From a virus (lineage: Duplodnaviria; Caudoviricetes), in the IMG/VR virus record IMGVR_UViG_3300013121_000027, positions 64,001-128,000 of that record: 64,000 bases of DNA; one strand, 5' to 3'. Positions within the stretch are counted from its first letter, which is position 1. Every line of letters starts with the position of its first letter. Both the position numbers and the translations under genes were made by a program. The notes beneath the pieces are model-generated. The model was not told the origin of the DNA. It saw only the letters and a list, made by a program, of their open reading frames with translations, and ran no database searches. Shown piece after piece: positions 50,021 through 60,683 of this stretch.

Positions 50021-50701
50021 CTAAAATATCCATCTTTCCAATTTCGTTTCTGGTCCATCAGTAATAATGTGTAGATTAGCTGCTATTGAATCTGCGTAGT
50101 GTAAAACTTTTTCTAATTCAGTGACCGGTATAGTTTCTGGAATAGCTGACCAATATCCATGAGAGCATCGAATCAATCTTAATATAAGCCCCACAAAAGA
50201 AATATCTATATCCAACGTATTATCTTCATCGGAAGATCCCTGATCCAAACACTCTTGTCTTGACCAGTCTACAAATCTATCAACTGTATAAGCATGCATA
50301 GGATCGTATAGGAATTCGGTTTCTTCCCCTTCAACCAATAAAAATCGAGTAACGTCATGTAGTATAGCAGCAGCTAATAAACAATCGAATTCATTTTGAT
50401 TTTCAAATTCTAATGAAGAAGAAAGGAGTATAACGGCTCTAACCACACGCTTAGTATGTGAAAGTAATCCACCCTCAGTCTCTTCATCGGGTGGGTGAAT
50501 TCCGCTCTGCAATGAGGCTGGTGCTTTCCAAAATGGATGAGCTCTTTTTAAGAGATATCTGACGAATTTCTTAATATTAGGATCAGAGATTAAACCAATC
50601 TCCATGTCTAATTCGCTTATATCACACAAATCAGCTTGATCGTCTAATGACTTTGCCTTTTGACTTAGGAAGCTTTTCGATATTGAATTATCATTATTCA
50701 T
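50021..50701 (-). CDS. HD-domain phosphohydrolase
   Basis: APAS...HP...GGLLSHT, ILHD, HG.W, LHYAD. Confidence 0.85.
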   Translation of the reverse strand: MNNDNSISKSFLSQKAKSLDDQADLCDISELDMEIGLISDPNIKKFVRYLLKRAHPFWKAPASLQSGIHPPDEETEGGLLSHTKRVVRAVILLSSSLEFENQNEFDCLLAAAILHDVTRFLLVEGEETEFLYDPMHAYTVDRFVDWSRQECLDQGSSDEDNTLDIDISFVGLILRLIRCSHGYWSAIPETIPVTELEKVLHYADSIAANLHIITDGPETKLERWIF

Positions 50702-50833
50702 TTTCTGCCTCTATCACATGGAACATCGTTTCTATAGCGTATTCAAACAACTGATTTACCGTATTTAATTCACAATATTTCATTAAGTCGTCTATTTTTC
50801 TTGAATCTTCTTCGTCAAATAAAATTCCGTATC

Positions 50834-51640
50834 TCATTTTGGATCAAACATCCATTTCGAACAAGGCATGTCATACTCACAGCTTTTACAATAAGAAGTT
50901 AATCCTCTTCTTGGTGCAAAAACAATTTCTTCATTAGACTGCTTAGACCAATATTTTAACAATTCTAAATCTTTCTTTTCAATAAGGACCTCTTTATCTC
51001 CCGGCATATAAGATCCAAAGTTCCAAAGATGTACTCTGACATCTAATGGAACATTATCATTTCTGTATTTAAACGCATAGTACAGAATAGTTAGATCAAA
51101 GATCCAAAATGCTGTAGCGCGTTTAAAGTTTGATGTCACCCACTTATAAATGTGATACTGATAATGTCCATCTGCTTTCTTCTCTCGAATTACTGCATCA
51201 AACATACCATCTAAAATAAGATCCTTATCCAAGGGTACATTAAATGGTTCGTCTATTAAGATAATTTCTTTATCGGGTTTATTGGCAAAATCTTCAAAGA
51301 AGGCAAGTAGGGAGGCGGCGGCTTGACTAGTATACGATACGTCATTAGCCCAAGCTACTTCGTATCTGCTTGAGGCTATATCTGCAGCTTGTGTTCCATC
51401 AGCAAACCAAAGCTTCTGCCATCTATTGAGAAGCGCTTGATATGAAGGCTCGGAAAAGGCTTGTTTCTTATAGAAGAAGAAGGCTGCAACTCTACGAATA
51501 GTTGCTTCGAATTTTGTGGCTCTACGTTCCCTAATGTCAGGAGACACCTTAACGCCCGATTCCATTCCAGCATGGCGATATCCATAGAGTAAGGCGCACG
51601 TTTGATAGTCTTTAAGATTTTCTGCTGTTATCTTTTTCAT
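50834..51640 (-). CDS. degenerate PD-(D/E)XK/Cas4-like protein
   Basis: DYQTC, GMFD, C-terminal CKSC...C; no clear D/ExK. Confidence 0.6.
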   Translation of the reverse strand: MKKITAENLKDYQTCALLYGYRHAGMESGVKVSPDIRERRATKFEATIRRVAAFFFYKKQAFSEPSYQALLNRWQKLWFADGTQAADIASSRYEVAWANDVSYTSQAAASLLAFFEDFANKPDKEIILIDEPFNVPLDKDLILDGMFDAVIREKKADGHYQYHIYKWVTSNFKRATAFWIFDLTILYYAFKYRNDNVPLDVRVHLWNFGSYMPGDKEVLIEKKDLELLKYWSKQSNEEIVFAPRRGLTSYCKSCEYDMPCSKWMFDPK

Positions 51641-53076
51641 GTTGGATCTAACCCACCAAAATCTTCAAGTAAGGCTTTTTCATAGGCAACTACTCCATCT
51701 AAAAGGTTTGCGTCATAATTGACGTATGATTTAATTCTATCATCATATTGAAGGATTGGGGGATTACTGGCAAAAACAGTTCCGGTTATTCTATTTTTAG
51801 GAATCTGAACTTGCATGAGAGTGTCGCTTAGGGTTTCATCTCCAGTTGCATCCTTCATAGGCGTAAGGAACATTACAACAGACGACTTCTGCGTAATAGT
51901 TACTGACCCACCCATATCCGACTGGTTAATAACTTCTCGTTTTTCTTTGGTAGAGTTAATATTTTGTTGAGCTGTAAGAATGAAGGCGGCATCCATGTCC
52001 TTGGCTAACTTCTCAAGTCTTACCATGATCTGCTCAAACTCACCCCATCTTGCTTTTCCGCCAGACTTAGTGAACATGGATTGGATTGTGTCAATGACTA
52101 CAACAGTCGGCTTTTTAACACCATGTCCTAAAATGTCTCTTAGCCAATTTTCCAAATCCTCAAAGAAAAGGGTATCAGGGTCATGTCTAACCATTAAGTT
52201 ATCGCCCCATTGTGCAAGCTTATCTTTGAAAACTTTTGTTAACCATTCTTTTTTATTTTCGGGAATATCTTGCGCTTCTGCATAAACATTCGTCTTTGTG
52301 ATTTGCGTCATTAAGGTACGTTCCCAATGGGATTTGGTTTCCTCAAAGTTAATAAACAAAACCGTTTCACCCTGATCTAACCAATGATTACATAGACAAC
52401 GTATTAAGGTTGACTTACCGAATCCTGAAAGGGCAACAATTGTTGTAATAGCAGATCGTGGGATACCGCCAGTCTCAGCAGAGTACCCTAAAGCCTGATT
52501 AAGAGCGGGGAATTGGGTCGGAAGAAATGGAGGAATATCCCATAAATCATCTACCCCATCCGCAATGTCAAATGCTGTACGGACAGAAGCTAATGGATTA
52601 TAGTTTAGATCCTTTTCGAGCTCTCTAATTTGATCCGTTAATGAACCAATTTTCGCCTTGTCATCTTCATTCAGCTGACCCTTCTTTGTTATAAGAAATT
52701 TCAACTCTTGAAGCTTATCTAATTGTCGTCTTTTATTAGCCCTATAATTAGTGAGTTTAATGATTGATTCAACGGAAGATAATTCCGTACTTAAAATTTG
52801 TATAAATAGATCGTCAAGAACAACTACGCCACCTATGGCTTCTACAATCTCAGTCTCTGACTGAAGCCATGATTTAAACGCTACAGGATCAACAATGTCT
52901 GTATCTATTTGACTATGATAAGAGACCAGACTTTTATATATCTCGTGTATTCCAGTAAATCCATGAATAAATCCAACATTGATTGGATCTAATTCTTTAG
53001 AGAATTTTTGAATAGCACCTGGTATGGAGAATGAAGCAGCTAATATTTGATATTCGAAAATATCTTCACCGTGCAT
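51637..53076 (-). CDS. DnaB-like replicative helicase
   Basis: ALSGFGKS, FINFEE, VVIDTIQ, LAK...ILTAQ, KNR. Confidence 0.85.
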   Translation of the reverse strand: MHGEDIFEYQILAASFSIPGAIQKFSKELDPINVGFIHGFTGIHEIYKSLVSYHSQIDTDIVDPVAFKSWLQSETEIVEAIGGVVVLDDLFIQILSTELSSVESIIKLTNYRANKRRQLDKLQELKFLITKKGQLNEDDKAKIGSLTDQIRELEKDLNYNPLASVRTAFDIADGVDDLWDIPPFLPTQFPALNQALGYSAETGGIPRSAITTIVALSGFGKSTLIRCLCNHWLDQGETVLFINFEETKSHWERTLMTQITKTNVYAEAQDIPENKKEWLTKVFKDKLAQWGDNLMVRHDPDTLFFEDLENWLRDILGHGVKKPTVVVIDTIQSMFTKSGGKARWGEFEQIMVRLEKLAKDMDAAFILTAQQNINSTKEKREVINQSDMGGSVTITQKSSVVMFLTPMKDATGDETLSDTLMQVQIPKNRITGTVFASNPPILQYDDRIKSYVNYDANLLDGVVAYEKALLEDFGGLDPT

Positions 53077-53201
53077 TAGGAACTCGATTCAGATATCTAT
53101 CTATTGTGTTATCAAAGAATTCAGAAAGCGTCAGATTACTTTCTCTCGCCGCTCGCTTAATGACTTTAAATTCTTTCTTCTTTAATCTTAATCGACAAAC
53201 C

Positions 53202-53900
53202 TTATCGCCATTCGTCGTAATCACCTTGATCAGGATCGTATTCTGTTTCATTTTTCTGCGCTCTGGCTTTGTCATTCTGCTTCTTCTCATTTCTTATTTT
53301 ACGTCTTAGCTCTCTCTTGTACGCATTTCTTTTTGCTTTGACCTCTTGATAGAGAGCGCTATTTGTGACTTTCTTTGTCTTAATTTCTTTTTGGTTAGTC
53401 TCCGAATTTTTTATTGCATTAAGAATTCGACTATAAACTATATCTTCTGCCAGATTATCATTATATCTGAAGACAACCAACGTGATTCCTTTTTCTTCAC
53501 ATAGTTGTAGCTTTCGCTCATCTCTCTCTTGAGAGCGAACAAAATCTTCATGGGTCTCATGGAAATGGACTATGTGTTTAAAGTGTTGAATGCCATGATA
53601 TTCGATTGCTAATTTATAACTTGGACAATAGATATCTATCTTCAATCTTTCCCCTATATGAAATTCGTTTACGATTTTTTCATTAGGAAGGATTTTCTGT
53701 AAGATTTTTGTTAGGGCAGTTTGCCCTCTTGACATCTTTCTCGGCTGTTGGAGAATCCAATCTAAGCCTAAAAGTTTAATTCTATGTATTAGAAACTTTT
53801 CGGATACCTTTATATCCTCAGCCATTTCTTTTAAAGAAAGTTTTGATTCAAGCAGTAATTCGATTATATGGTTATCGCAATCATCACGATCATCATACAT
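53202..53900 (-). CDS. Vsr/DUF559-like endonuclease
   Basis: IDIYCPSYKLAIEYHGIQHF...RDERK...C...GI.L. Confidence 0.8.
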   Translation of the reverse strand: MYDDRDDCDNHIIELLLESKLSLKEMAEDIKVSEKFLIHRIKLLGLDWILQQPRKMSRGQTALTKILQKILPNEKIVNEFHIGERLKIDIYCPSYKLAIEYHGIQHFKHIVHFHETHEDFVRSQERDERKLQLCEEKGITLVVFRYNDNLAEDIVYSRILNAIKNSETNQKEIKTKKVTNSALYQEVKAKRNAYKRELRRKIRNEKKQNDKARAQKNETEYDPDQGDYDEWR

Positions 53901-54329
53901 AATAGACCCCTTACATAATATTAAATATCTTCGGTTTGAAATATTACGCAGGGTAGAACAGAAGCGTAAAGTGGTGTTAAGAATTTTTCATTGATTAAAT
54001 GAATATTATTTATATATAGGTATTGAATATTCTTTCCGTGTGAGTAATGATCGCTTGCTGGGATAAAGAGACATTCTCTTTTGCCGACCAAAACACTATT
54101 AAGCTTTTCTTTAAAAGATACGTCAAAAGATGTCAACTTATCAATCAACATTTTCTTAAAAAATTCAGAAGATGTTAAATTAGGAGAAACCGCTAAGATT
54201 GTGAATTCTTTATCTAATGTTTTGTCGATTAGATGGATGACTATTGAATCGATTAAGAGATTAGTTTTTCCTGGTCTTGGTCTTATAACTGAATTTTGTC
54301 TTGGTCCAATTCTTACAATATCGCTCATT

Positions 54330-55079
54330 TTATTTTCCATAATTCTCTTGTACATATTTTGGATAGGTCTCATCTATTTCTTGAAACTTTAACGGAAATC
54401 TATCAAATGGATCAACACCATTTTCTATTCTATACAGAATTTTCTCTTGTTCTTTAAATTCATCAAGATTATATTCTGAATGCGCAAATGATTCTATCTT
54501 AGTTTTTATTTTTTCGCAATCACTAAAAAAAGAAAAATGCCAGCCCGCATTAGGCACTCGGGGTACTTGCATAGCTCTAAGCTCTTGCGGGGTTGCGTTC
54601 ATATCATCTATAGTGACAAGTACTGGTCTTGCCCCTTGGTTGCAGTGTTGTGGGACTTTCCAATTAAAATTCCAAAAGAATTGATCTACATCCAGTTGAG
54701 TTCTAAGGCGTTTACCCGGACGACTAAAGAGCTTAATTTTTGAAGCTCTTGGTATTTCATCAACGTCACCTATTATAATGACATCTCTGCCATTAGCGCC
54801 ATGTAACCCTTGCATTATGGCATTGCGCTGAAAAGTTTCTCTCTCCCATGTAGTCATATTTCTGTGGGGAAATCCATCGAGACGCACCCGAATAATCTTA
54901 TCTTTCCATCTATCTATCCAGTTTGGGATATCGTCAAAGTAGAATGGTTTTTCTTTTCCAGTGAACGTTTCTGATGATTCTACTATTACAAAATAATCAG
55001 CTGCTGAATCCATCTCTTCGAGATGAATCCGCAATATTTCTTCTTCATTAAAATAAGTAAAGCAGTCGTAAATTTTCAT
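54330..55079 (-). CDS. glycosyltransferase family 17
   Basis: IYDCFTYFNE, FVIVES..TFTG, RETFQRN, DVDEIP, GWHFSF, KIESFAH. Confidence 0.88.
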   Translation of the reverse strand: MKIYDCFTYFNEEEILRIHLEEMDSAADYFVIVESSETFTGKEKPFYFDDIPNWIDRWKDKIIRVRLDGFPHRNMTTWERETFQRNAIMQGLHGANGRDVIIIGDVDEIPRASKIKLFSRPGKRLRTQLDVDQFFWNFNWKVPQHCNQGARPVLVTIDDMNATPQELRAMQVPRVPNAGWHFSFFSDCEKIKTKIESFAHSEYNLDEFKEQEKILYRIENGVDPFDRFPLKFQEIDETYPKYVQENYGK

Positions 55080-55553
55080 AATTCAATCTTTTGGTATACG
55101 AGAATATTTCTATCTCTTAGAAAGCTATATTGTTTCGTCTGTTTTTCTAAATCTAATCTTTGTTTAAAAATAGCGCTTAAATTTAACCCATCAAGATATG
55201 AATCTATTAAAAGAATTATCCCACCAGACTTCATTAACTCAATAATTTTTATGGTTTCTTCAAACGAATCATATCGTTCGCTAAATAATTTGGGATCATG
55301 TTCAAATGCTATGAATAATTTACAAAAATCATTTCCAAAAAAAGATTCAGTCATAGGATTCCAAAAATGTATAAACTCACTATTTATACTCAGAGCCTCA
55401 TCGCTATTTAAAACCCAAGTCTCAAGACTGTGTTTTGAATTTCGAGCAAATTCCAAGAATGGATAAGCTTTATTATAACATACGATAGAATCTTCGGGAT
55501 TAAAAACATCTCTTATTACGTGGGTAAAAAAATCCCAATTCATATGACCTCGT

Positions 55554-56210
55554 TTATTTTTTGCGACCAATCCACCATAATTGAATAGGACAACGTGGGT
55601 CGTGGTCAGCGTAGAACGGCTGTTTCATAGCTTCTTCCGGTGTATATGTACGCCCACCAAGAACAAGATCCTTATTGTTAGTATACTCCCAACCTACACG
55701 AGCTGCACTTCCCCATGTATCAAATAGTAAAGTTTGCCACATCTCATCGGGAAAAAGTACCTTATATCCATGCGGCATAATACGCCAACAATCCATAGGA
55801 CTTGGATGTACTGGATAAAGTCCGGGCGTTGCCACAATAGCTAATCCACCCGGTTTTAGCACTCTCAAAAAGGTTTCTGCAGCCAACCATGGTCTTTGTA
55901 CGTGCTCCAGAACTTGATCAGCAACAACAATATCTAAACTGTTAGATGGAACTGCATTAAGGTTTTCTGCGTCATATTGCGGATAAGTTCCAAGGATATG
56001 GTTAAGATTTTTACCTAACAAATCCTTAAACATCCAACGCATATAGGTTTGCCAACCCCCATCAGGATCACCAAACCACTCAGAGCCAAAATCTAAAACA
56101 TCATATTTACGATCTTGCCATGGATATTTGCTAAGTACCCCGTAAATCGATTCATACAAAAAATGTCTTAAATGATCTTCCTTACTCCATGTTTTAAATG
56201 TTTCTTCCAT
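55554..56210 (-). CDS. SAM-dependent methyltransferase
   Basis: VLDFG, QVLEHV..PW, RVLKPGG, H..P.DCWR. Confidence 0.85.
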   Translation of the reverse strand: MEETFKTWSKEDHLRHFLYESIYGVLSKYPWQDRKYDVLDFGSEWFGDPDGGWQTYMRWMFKDLLGKNLNHILGTYPQYDAENLNAVPSNSLDIVVADQVLEHVQRPWLAAETFLRVLKPGGLAIVATPGLYPVHPSPMDCWRIMPHGYKVLFPDEMWQTLLFDTWGSAARVGWEYTNNKDLVLGGRTYTPEEAMKQPFYADHDPRCPIQLWWIGRKK

Positions 56211-56211
56211 T

Positions 56212-56985
56212 TTAAATCTTTCTTTTTGAACCTAAGAGCGGATATCTTGGTTGGGTCTGAATATATCTTGCAGTTTCCATTACTGTATCAGTGCCTAAAT
56301 GCGTGTGTTCGTTTAGTGGATTACACGCGTTATATAGATACAGGATTTCGTGTATATATCTCGCATGTTGGGGTCCAGCCATTTCTATCATCGGATACAT
56401 AAGAGCTAAATCTGGAGCCATTTGATAAAATTGTCCATCGCGTTTAAAATCTTCGACGTTAATATTATTAAAGAGCCACGTTTTATATGTTCTTAAATGC
56501 GAGAATATAAATGGATACGATCTATCGTGTCGATCATCTGGAGCCTTGCTTAAGAATCCTCGTGGATCAGCATGAGGATCTGGATTTCGCGATTCCATAT
56601 CATATGCGAATGAGCCATAGGTTATCCAAACGTCTGGATCTAAATAGGTATTATCTAATTTTTGTAATACAAGATTACCAGCTAATTCATCATCACCATC
56701 AAGATTAACTATAATTTCATCTTCATTACAAAGCTGAGCCATTTGATAGTGATTAGCTAAAACCCCTATCCTATTTCTATTTCTGCGAATAGATTTTATC
56801 TTATCCTTATTAGGATGATAATAGCATACATCATAAATAATATCCCAAGTTTTATCGCTTGATTGATCATCTACAATGATAACTTCATAATTGTCATAAA
56901 CTTGATTGAGTGCTGAGTTTATTGCTCTTGCTATATATTTTTCAGCATTAAACGTTGGAATGGTGATCACGAACTTATTAGACAT
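56212..56985 (-). CDS. glycosyltransferase family 2
   Basis: IPTFNAEKYI, VDDQSSD, LDGDD. Confidence 0.9.
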   Translation of the reverse strand: MSNKFVITIPTFNAEKYIARAINSALNQVYDNYEVIIVDDQSSDKTWDIIYDVCYYHPNKDKIKSIRRNRNRIGVLANHYQMAQLCNEDEIIVNLDGDDELAGNLVLQKLDNTYLDPDVWITYGSFAYDMESRNPDPHADPRGFLSKAPDDRHDRSYPFIFSHLRTYKTWLFNNINVEDFKRDGQFYQMAPDLALMYPMIEMAGPQHARYIHEILYLYNACNPLNEHTHLGTDTVMETARYIQTQPRYPLLGSKRKI

Positions 56986-57652
56986 TTTTTTGCACCTTCT
57001 GTATAAGAAAGATCGCTAATCCGTTCCACCATTCGTCATAATCTCCTACTTTAAAAGCTGGGAGTTCCCATTGATGCAGGACATTTAATTTTTTATTTTG
57101 TAAAGCTTTTTTGGTGCCCTCTTGAACCTTATCCCAATTCCAATCATCTACAAGCAATAAAAATTCTTTAGTCATAACTCTTGTGCCAAGAGCAACTGCT
57201 TCATATTGGGATTCAATTTCATGATCACCATCATAAAAAAGAATATTAAAGCTATTAGCTTTAAGTGATTTTATTGCGTCTTTAAAGTCTAAATCTATAA
57301 GTTGAACTGTGCTGCCTAAAAATTTCTCACAGTTACTATTAAACTCAAGTTTTTCGACACTGCCGTCTTCGGATTCAAATGGGTGCCCAACGTTATCCCA
57401 ATGACCAGAAAAATTATCTATCGCACAAGACGGAATATTATTACCATAAAGTGCAGAAATATGCGTAGAGCCTTTCCATACTCCAACCTCTAAGAACTTT
57501 GCGTCTTGGTTAGAGCATAGATTATTTAGAAGATGCTTTATTTTTTGTGAAGACCAACCCTGGATATCTAAAACATCACTTGGTACTTTTGATTCTAATC
57601 GATTTGATTTTTCAATACAGTCATTAATATATTCAATGGTTAATAAATTCAT
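56978..57652 (-). CDS. SAM-dependent methyltransferase (Methyltransf_24-like)
   Basis: LEVGVWKGST, FYDGDH, VDDWNW. Confidence 0.85.
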   Translation of the reverse strand: MNLLTIEYINDCIEKSNRLESKVPSDVLDIQGWSSQKIKHLLNNLCSNQDAKFLEVGVWKGSTHISALYGNNIPSCAIDNFSGHWDNVGHPFESEDGSVEKLEFNSNCEKFLGSTVQLIDLDFKDAIKSLKANSFNILFYDGDHEIESQYEAVALGTRVMTKEFLLLVDDWNWDKVQEGTKKALQNKKLNVLHQWELPAFKVGDYDEWWNGLAIFLIQKVQKNV

Positions 57653-57658
57653 TTTTCC

Positions 57659-58690
57659 TCAGTAAGGTTTCATTAAATTGGTTTTCCAATTATATCCATT
57701 ATACCATTCACCAGTTAGATTAAACCATTTATTGATGGCTATATCGCGATCTCTCATATAGGCATTGGGATTATGTTGATGTTCCCAATGCATGTAGTCG
57801 TTTCTTAATGTCCTATGAATAAGGTACCTATTGCCTTTAATGGTTAGGATTTGTTTTCCGGAAAAGGCATCAAGCTGATCCCAATAGGATGTTGCGTCTG
57901 TGCCAATTAAATCTGGTGCTGGATTAATATTAACGCCCTCTTGTAAAGCCCAACGACGCATAAATTCCTCATCGGGTGGCCAATGCTGCATTAGGGAAAC
58001 TGGATCAGTTCCGTATGTCCATCCTTTACCTTTGAAATAAGAAGCCCACTTGTCTCTAAACTGAACGCATCCTAAATGTTCACGAGCTTTAGAAATATCA
58101 CTTCTTGGACCACCTGGATCGTTATGGAAAATACTAATGCCTGGCACTCCAGCCACTCTTAAATCAGACATACGTACGCGTAAAGCCATGTCGCATTCGT
58201 TTTGATGCATAAGCTGAGGGTCATATCCGCCAATTTCATCAAATAGACTTTTACGAATCGCCCAACACATACCTAATCCCCATTTGAGCTCGTCATAATC
58301 CTCATGGTGGATGGCTTCATTATACGAACCCGGCATTGCCATGCCTATTTCTGGACGCATTATATAATTGCGAAGGATTTGGTTCCATCCTGGAGTTTGA
58401 ATAATGCAGTCATCATCTAAATGGATCAGGCAATCACCAACGCCCGCAGCTAACCCCTGGTTTGTTCCGATAGAAAGCCCCTGGTTTGTTTCGTTACGAA
58501 TAACTTGATACTTCTCACTTAATGCAGTCAAATAATTAATCGCTTCTGGATCGGTACTTCCGTTATCTACAATGATAATCTCATATGGTGGTGCGCAAAA
58601 TTGTTCTAAAGCAGTAATGGTTTGGCGTAGAGTATTAACTCTATTCATTGCTAAAACACAAATACTCGTTCCTGTCATTAATAAATCCAT
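57659..58690 (-). CDS. glycosyltransferase family 2
   Basis: IIVDNGSTD, N.GL..G.NQG, LDDD, IGGYD. Confidence 0.88.
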   Translation of the reverse strand: MDLLMTGTSICVLAMNRVNTLRQTITALEQFCAPPYEIIIVDNGSTDPEAINYLTALSEKYQVIRNETNQGLSIGTNQGLAAGVGDCLIHLDDDCIIQTPGWNQILRNYIMRPEIGMAMPGSYNEAIHHEDYDELKWGLGMCWAIRKSLFDEIGGYDPQLMHQNECDMALRVRMSDLRVAGVPGISIFHNDPGGPRSDISKAREHLGCVQFRDKWASYFKGKGWTYGTDPVSLMQHWPPDEEFMRRWALQEGVNINPAPDLIGTDATSYWDQLDAFSGKQILTIKGNRYLIHRTLRNDYMHWEHQHNPNAYMRDRDIAINKWFNLTGEWYNGYNWKTNLMKPY

Positions 58691-59622
58691 TCTACTAAAT
58701 CAGCTTTTAATTGTTCCTTATCCATACGCTTAGCTATAAATGAATTGTACTCCGTATAGTGTGCATTGGTTTCTGTTAAGGGCGGACTTGACGGGTTGTA
58801 AATAAAATAACCACGATCTAAATATGTACGAGACATCTCATCTGCGGTGAGTAATCCTTCGTGATGCTTTTCCCCAGGGCGCTCCCCAACAATTTCAATT
58901 TCCGAGTATCCACGCATCACTTCGGCTAATTCCCCAAGAGTGACTGATTCCATTTCTTGTGACACGATTAGACCCGGACCCACACCAGTTAAACAGTATT
59001 CGATAAGGGCGACTGCATCTTCTAACGTAAAAAAGAATCGTGTCATATCAGGATTAGTTATCGGGAGTGTGGCTCCAGCCTCTCTACGCTCTTTCCAAAA
59101 CGGAAGAACTGATCCACGAGTACCTATAACATTACCATATCTGGCTACGTTAAAAATGGTTGTTCCTTTTTTGCCTTGGCGATTACAAGCCTCTAAGAAT
59201 AATTTTTCTAATAGCGCCTTAGTATAGCCATAAGTGTTAACTGGCATGCACGCCTTATCGGTCGAAATACCGACACAGCGTTCAACAGTTTTCTCGTCTA
59301 ATACTGCGTTGACCAAATTAAGCGTTCCCATCACATTTGTAGAGACATATTCTGATGGTTGCAGTTCACTAATATTTACATATTTTAATGACGCGCCATG
59401 TATAACAATATCTATATCTCTAACGGCATCGCGAACCGCCGCATAATCTCTTATATCGCCTAATTTATAGGTATATTCGGGAAATAGTTTCTTCATGTCG
59501 TATTGCTTTTTTTCATCACGACTGAAGATAACAACGTCAGAACCTAATGTTTGAAATCGAGCTGCTAATGCATGACCGAGACTACCAGTCCCACCGGTAA
59601 TTAAAACTTTTTTATACTTCAC
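58678..59622 (-). CDS. UDP-GlcNAc 4,6-dehydratase (PseB/CapD-like)
   Basis: TGGTGSLG, FSRDEKKQ, STDKA..P.NTYG.TK, RYGNV.G.RGSV, MTRF, RPGEK. Confidence 0.92.
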   Translation of the reverse strand: MKYKKVLITGGTGSLGHALAARFQTLGSDVVIFSRDEKKQYDMKKLFPEYTYKLGDIRDYAAVRDAVRDIDIVIHGASLKYVNISELQPSEYVSTNVMGTLNLVNAVLDEKTVERCVGISTDKACMPVNTYGYTKALLEKLFLEACNRQGKKGTTIFNVARYGNVIGTRGSVLPFWKERREAGATLPITNPDMTRFFFTLEDAVALIEYCLTGVGPGLIVSQEMESVTLGELAEVMRGYSEIEIVGERPGEKHHEGLLTADEMSRTYLDRGYFIYNPSSPPLTETNAHYTEYNSFIAKRMDKEQLKADLVEWIY

Positions 59623-60324
59623 TTAATCCTCCCAGGGAAATTGTCTAAGAACTGGATCTGTATCCATGATTGAAATAATGTGCGCATTCGAATGAAATGC
59701 CCCACCATCTATATTCATATATCTGTCGTACTTGGCTTTCTTATCCGCATCTTTGATATAGGAGAGATGCTTCATAACTAACCCACTGTTTTGTAGGTAT
59801 TGACCGTTTCTTACCATAGCCTGAACGTAAGTCGGTTCGGATCCGCAAGCTAACTGTCTCTCTAAGAACTTTCCGCCAGGAAGATATCTAAAGAATCTTG
59901 TGCTTCCATGTGGACGCCATGCCTTATCAACTCTAAATTCTTCTTCATTCCACATGTGATAGAAGTCTATATTGATTACAGGGTAATTATCCTGATTAAC
60001 TAAATCTCTAAGTTCAAATTTAGTCTCGTATAACATCTCATCACAGTCTATAGCCAAAATAAATGCTTCCTGTGTAGGAAGAACACTTTCTAAATTCACC
60101 CATGATTGTTGGCGAATTTTTCCCTCATCGGTGCTGAAGGTTGGCTTGTCCATTTGGAAAACTTTTGCGCCAAACGACTCAGCGATATTGGGGGTATCGT
60201 CATCTGAGCAGTCGTCAGTAAAGATGATCATGTCAACTTGAGACTTAAGCCTATTTAGGACCGGCTTTAAATAGCTGTCGGCTTCGTTTCTGCCGATCAT
60301 ATTTGCGATAATTTGTCTTTTCAT
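59623..60324 (-). CDS. glycosyltransferase family 2
   Basis: GRNEA, DDCSDDDT, IDCDE; start moved to MKRQ downstream of terminator. Confidence 0.8.
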   Translation of the reverse strand: MKRQIIANMIGRNEADSYLKPVLNRLKSQVDMIIFTDDCSDDDTPNIAESFGAKVFQMDKPTFSTDEGKIRQQSWVNLESVLPTQEAFILAIDCDEMLYETKFELRDLVNQDNYPVINIDFYHMWNEEEFRVDKAWRPHGSTRFFRYLPGGKFLERQLACGSEPTYVQAMVRNGQYLQNSGLVMKHLSYIKDADKKAKYDRYMNIDGGAFHSNAHIISIMDTDPVLRQFPWED

Positions 60325-60333
60325 TTTATCTCC

Positions 60334-60376
60334 AAAAGAAAGAGAAAAGGGGACCCCCACCGAAGTAGGAGTCCCC
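60334..60376 (-). terminator. intrinsic terminator
   Basis: GGGGACTCCTAC-TTCG-GTGGGGGTCCCC followed by TTTTCTCTTTC on - strand. Confidence 0.8.
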
Positions 60377-60392
60377 GATTCTTAGCCCTTAC

Positions 60393-60584
60393 TCAGACCA
60401 TCTCACCAACGAAGTAGTGAGCATCAGCAGATGAAATATTTTGAACGGTCGAAGACTCAGCAAGTACCTTAGCCTCGGGAAGTGGCTTACGTACGCTTGC
60501 AGCCGTCAACGCATTGGTCTTGTTGTTCGCACGAACAATCTTAGTAATGGTGACCTCAAAATACTTATTCTTATTTGAACTCAA
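60393..60584 (-). CDS. small basic hypothetical protein
   Basis: has its own promoter and terminator. Confidence 0.6.
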   Translation of the reverse strand: MSSNKNKYFEVTITKIVRANNKTNALTAASVRKPLPEAKVLAESSTVQNISSADAHYFVGEMV

Positions 60585-60632
60585 TTTTCTATTCCTTTGT
60601 GTTTAGTAGGTATTTCTTACCTTGCATTAAGC

Positions 60633-60661
60633 ATTCTATCTTGTTGTATTAGATTTTGCAA
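60633..60661 (-). promoter_or_regulatory. sigma70-type promoter
   Basis: TTGCAA-17 nt-TAGAAT on - strand. Confidence 0.6.
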
Positions 60662-60683
60662 CATCTATTTTATTACAATTTGA

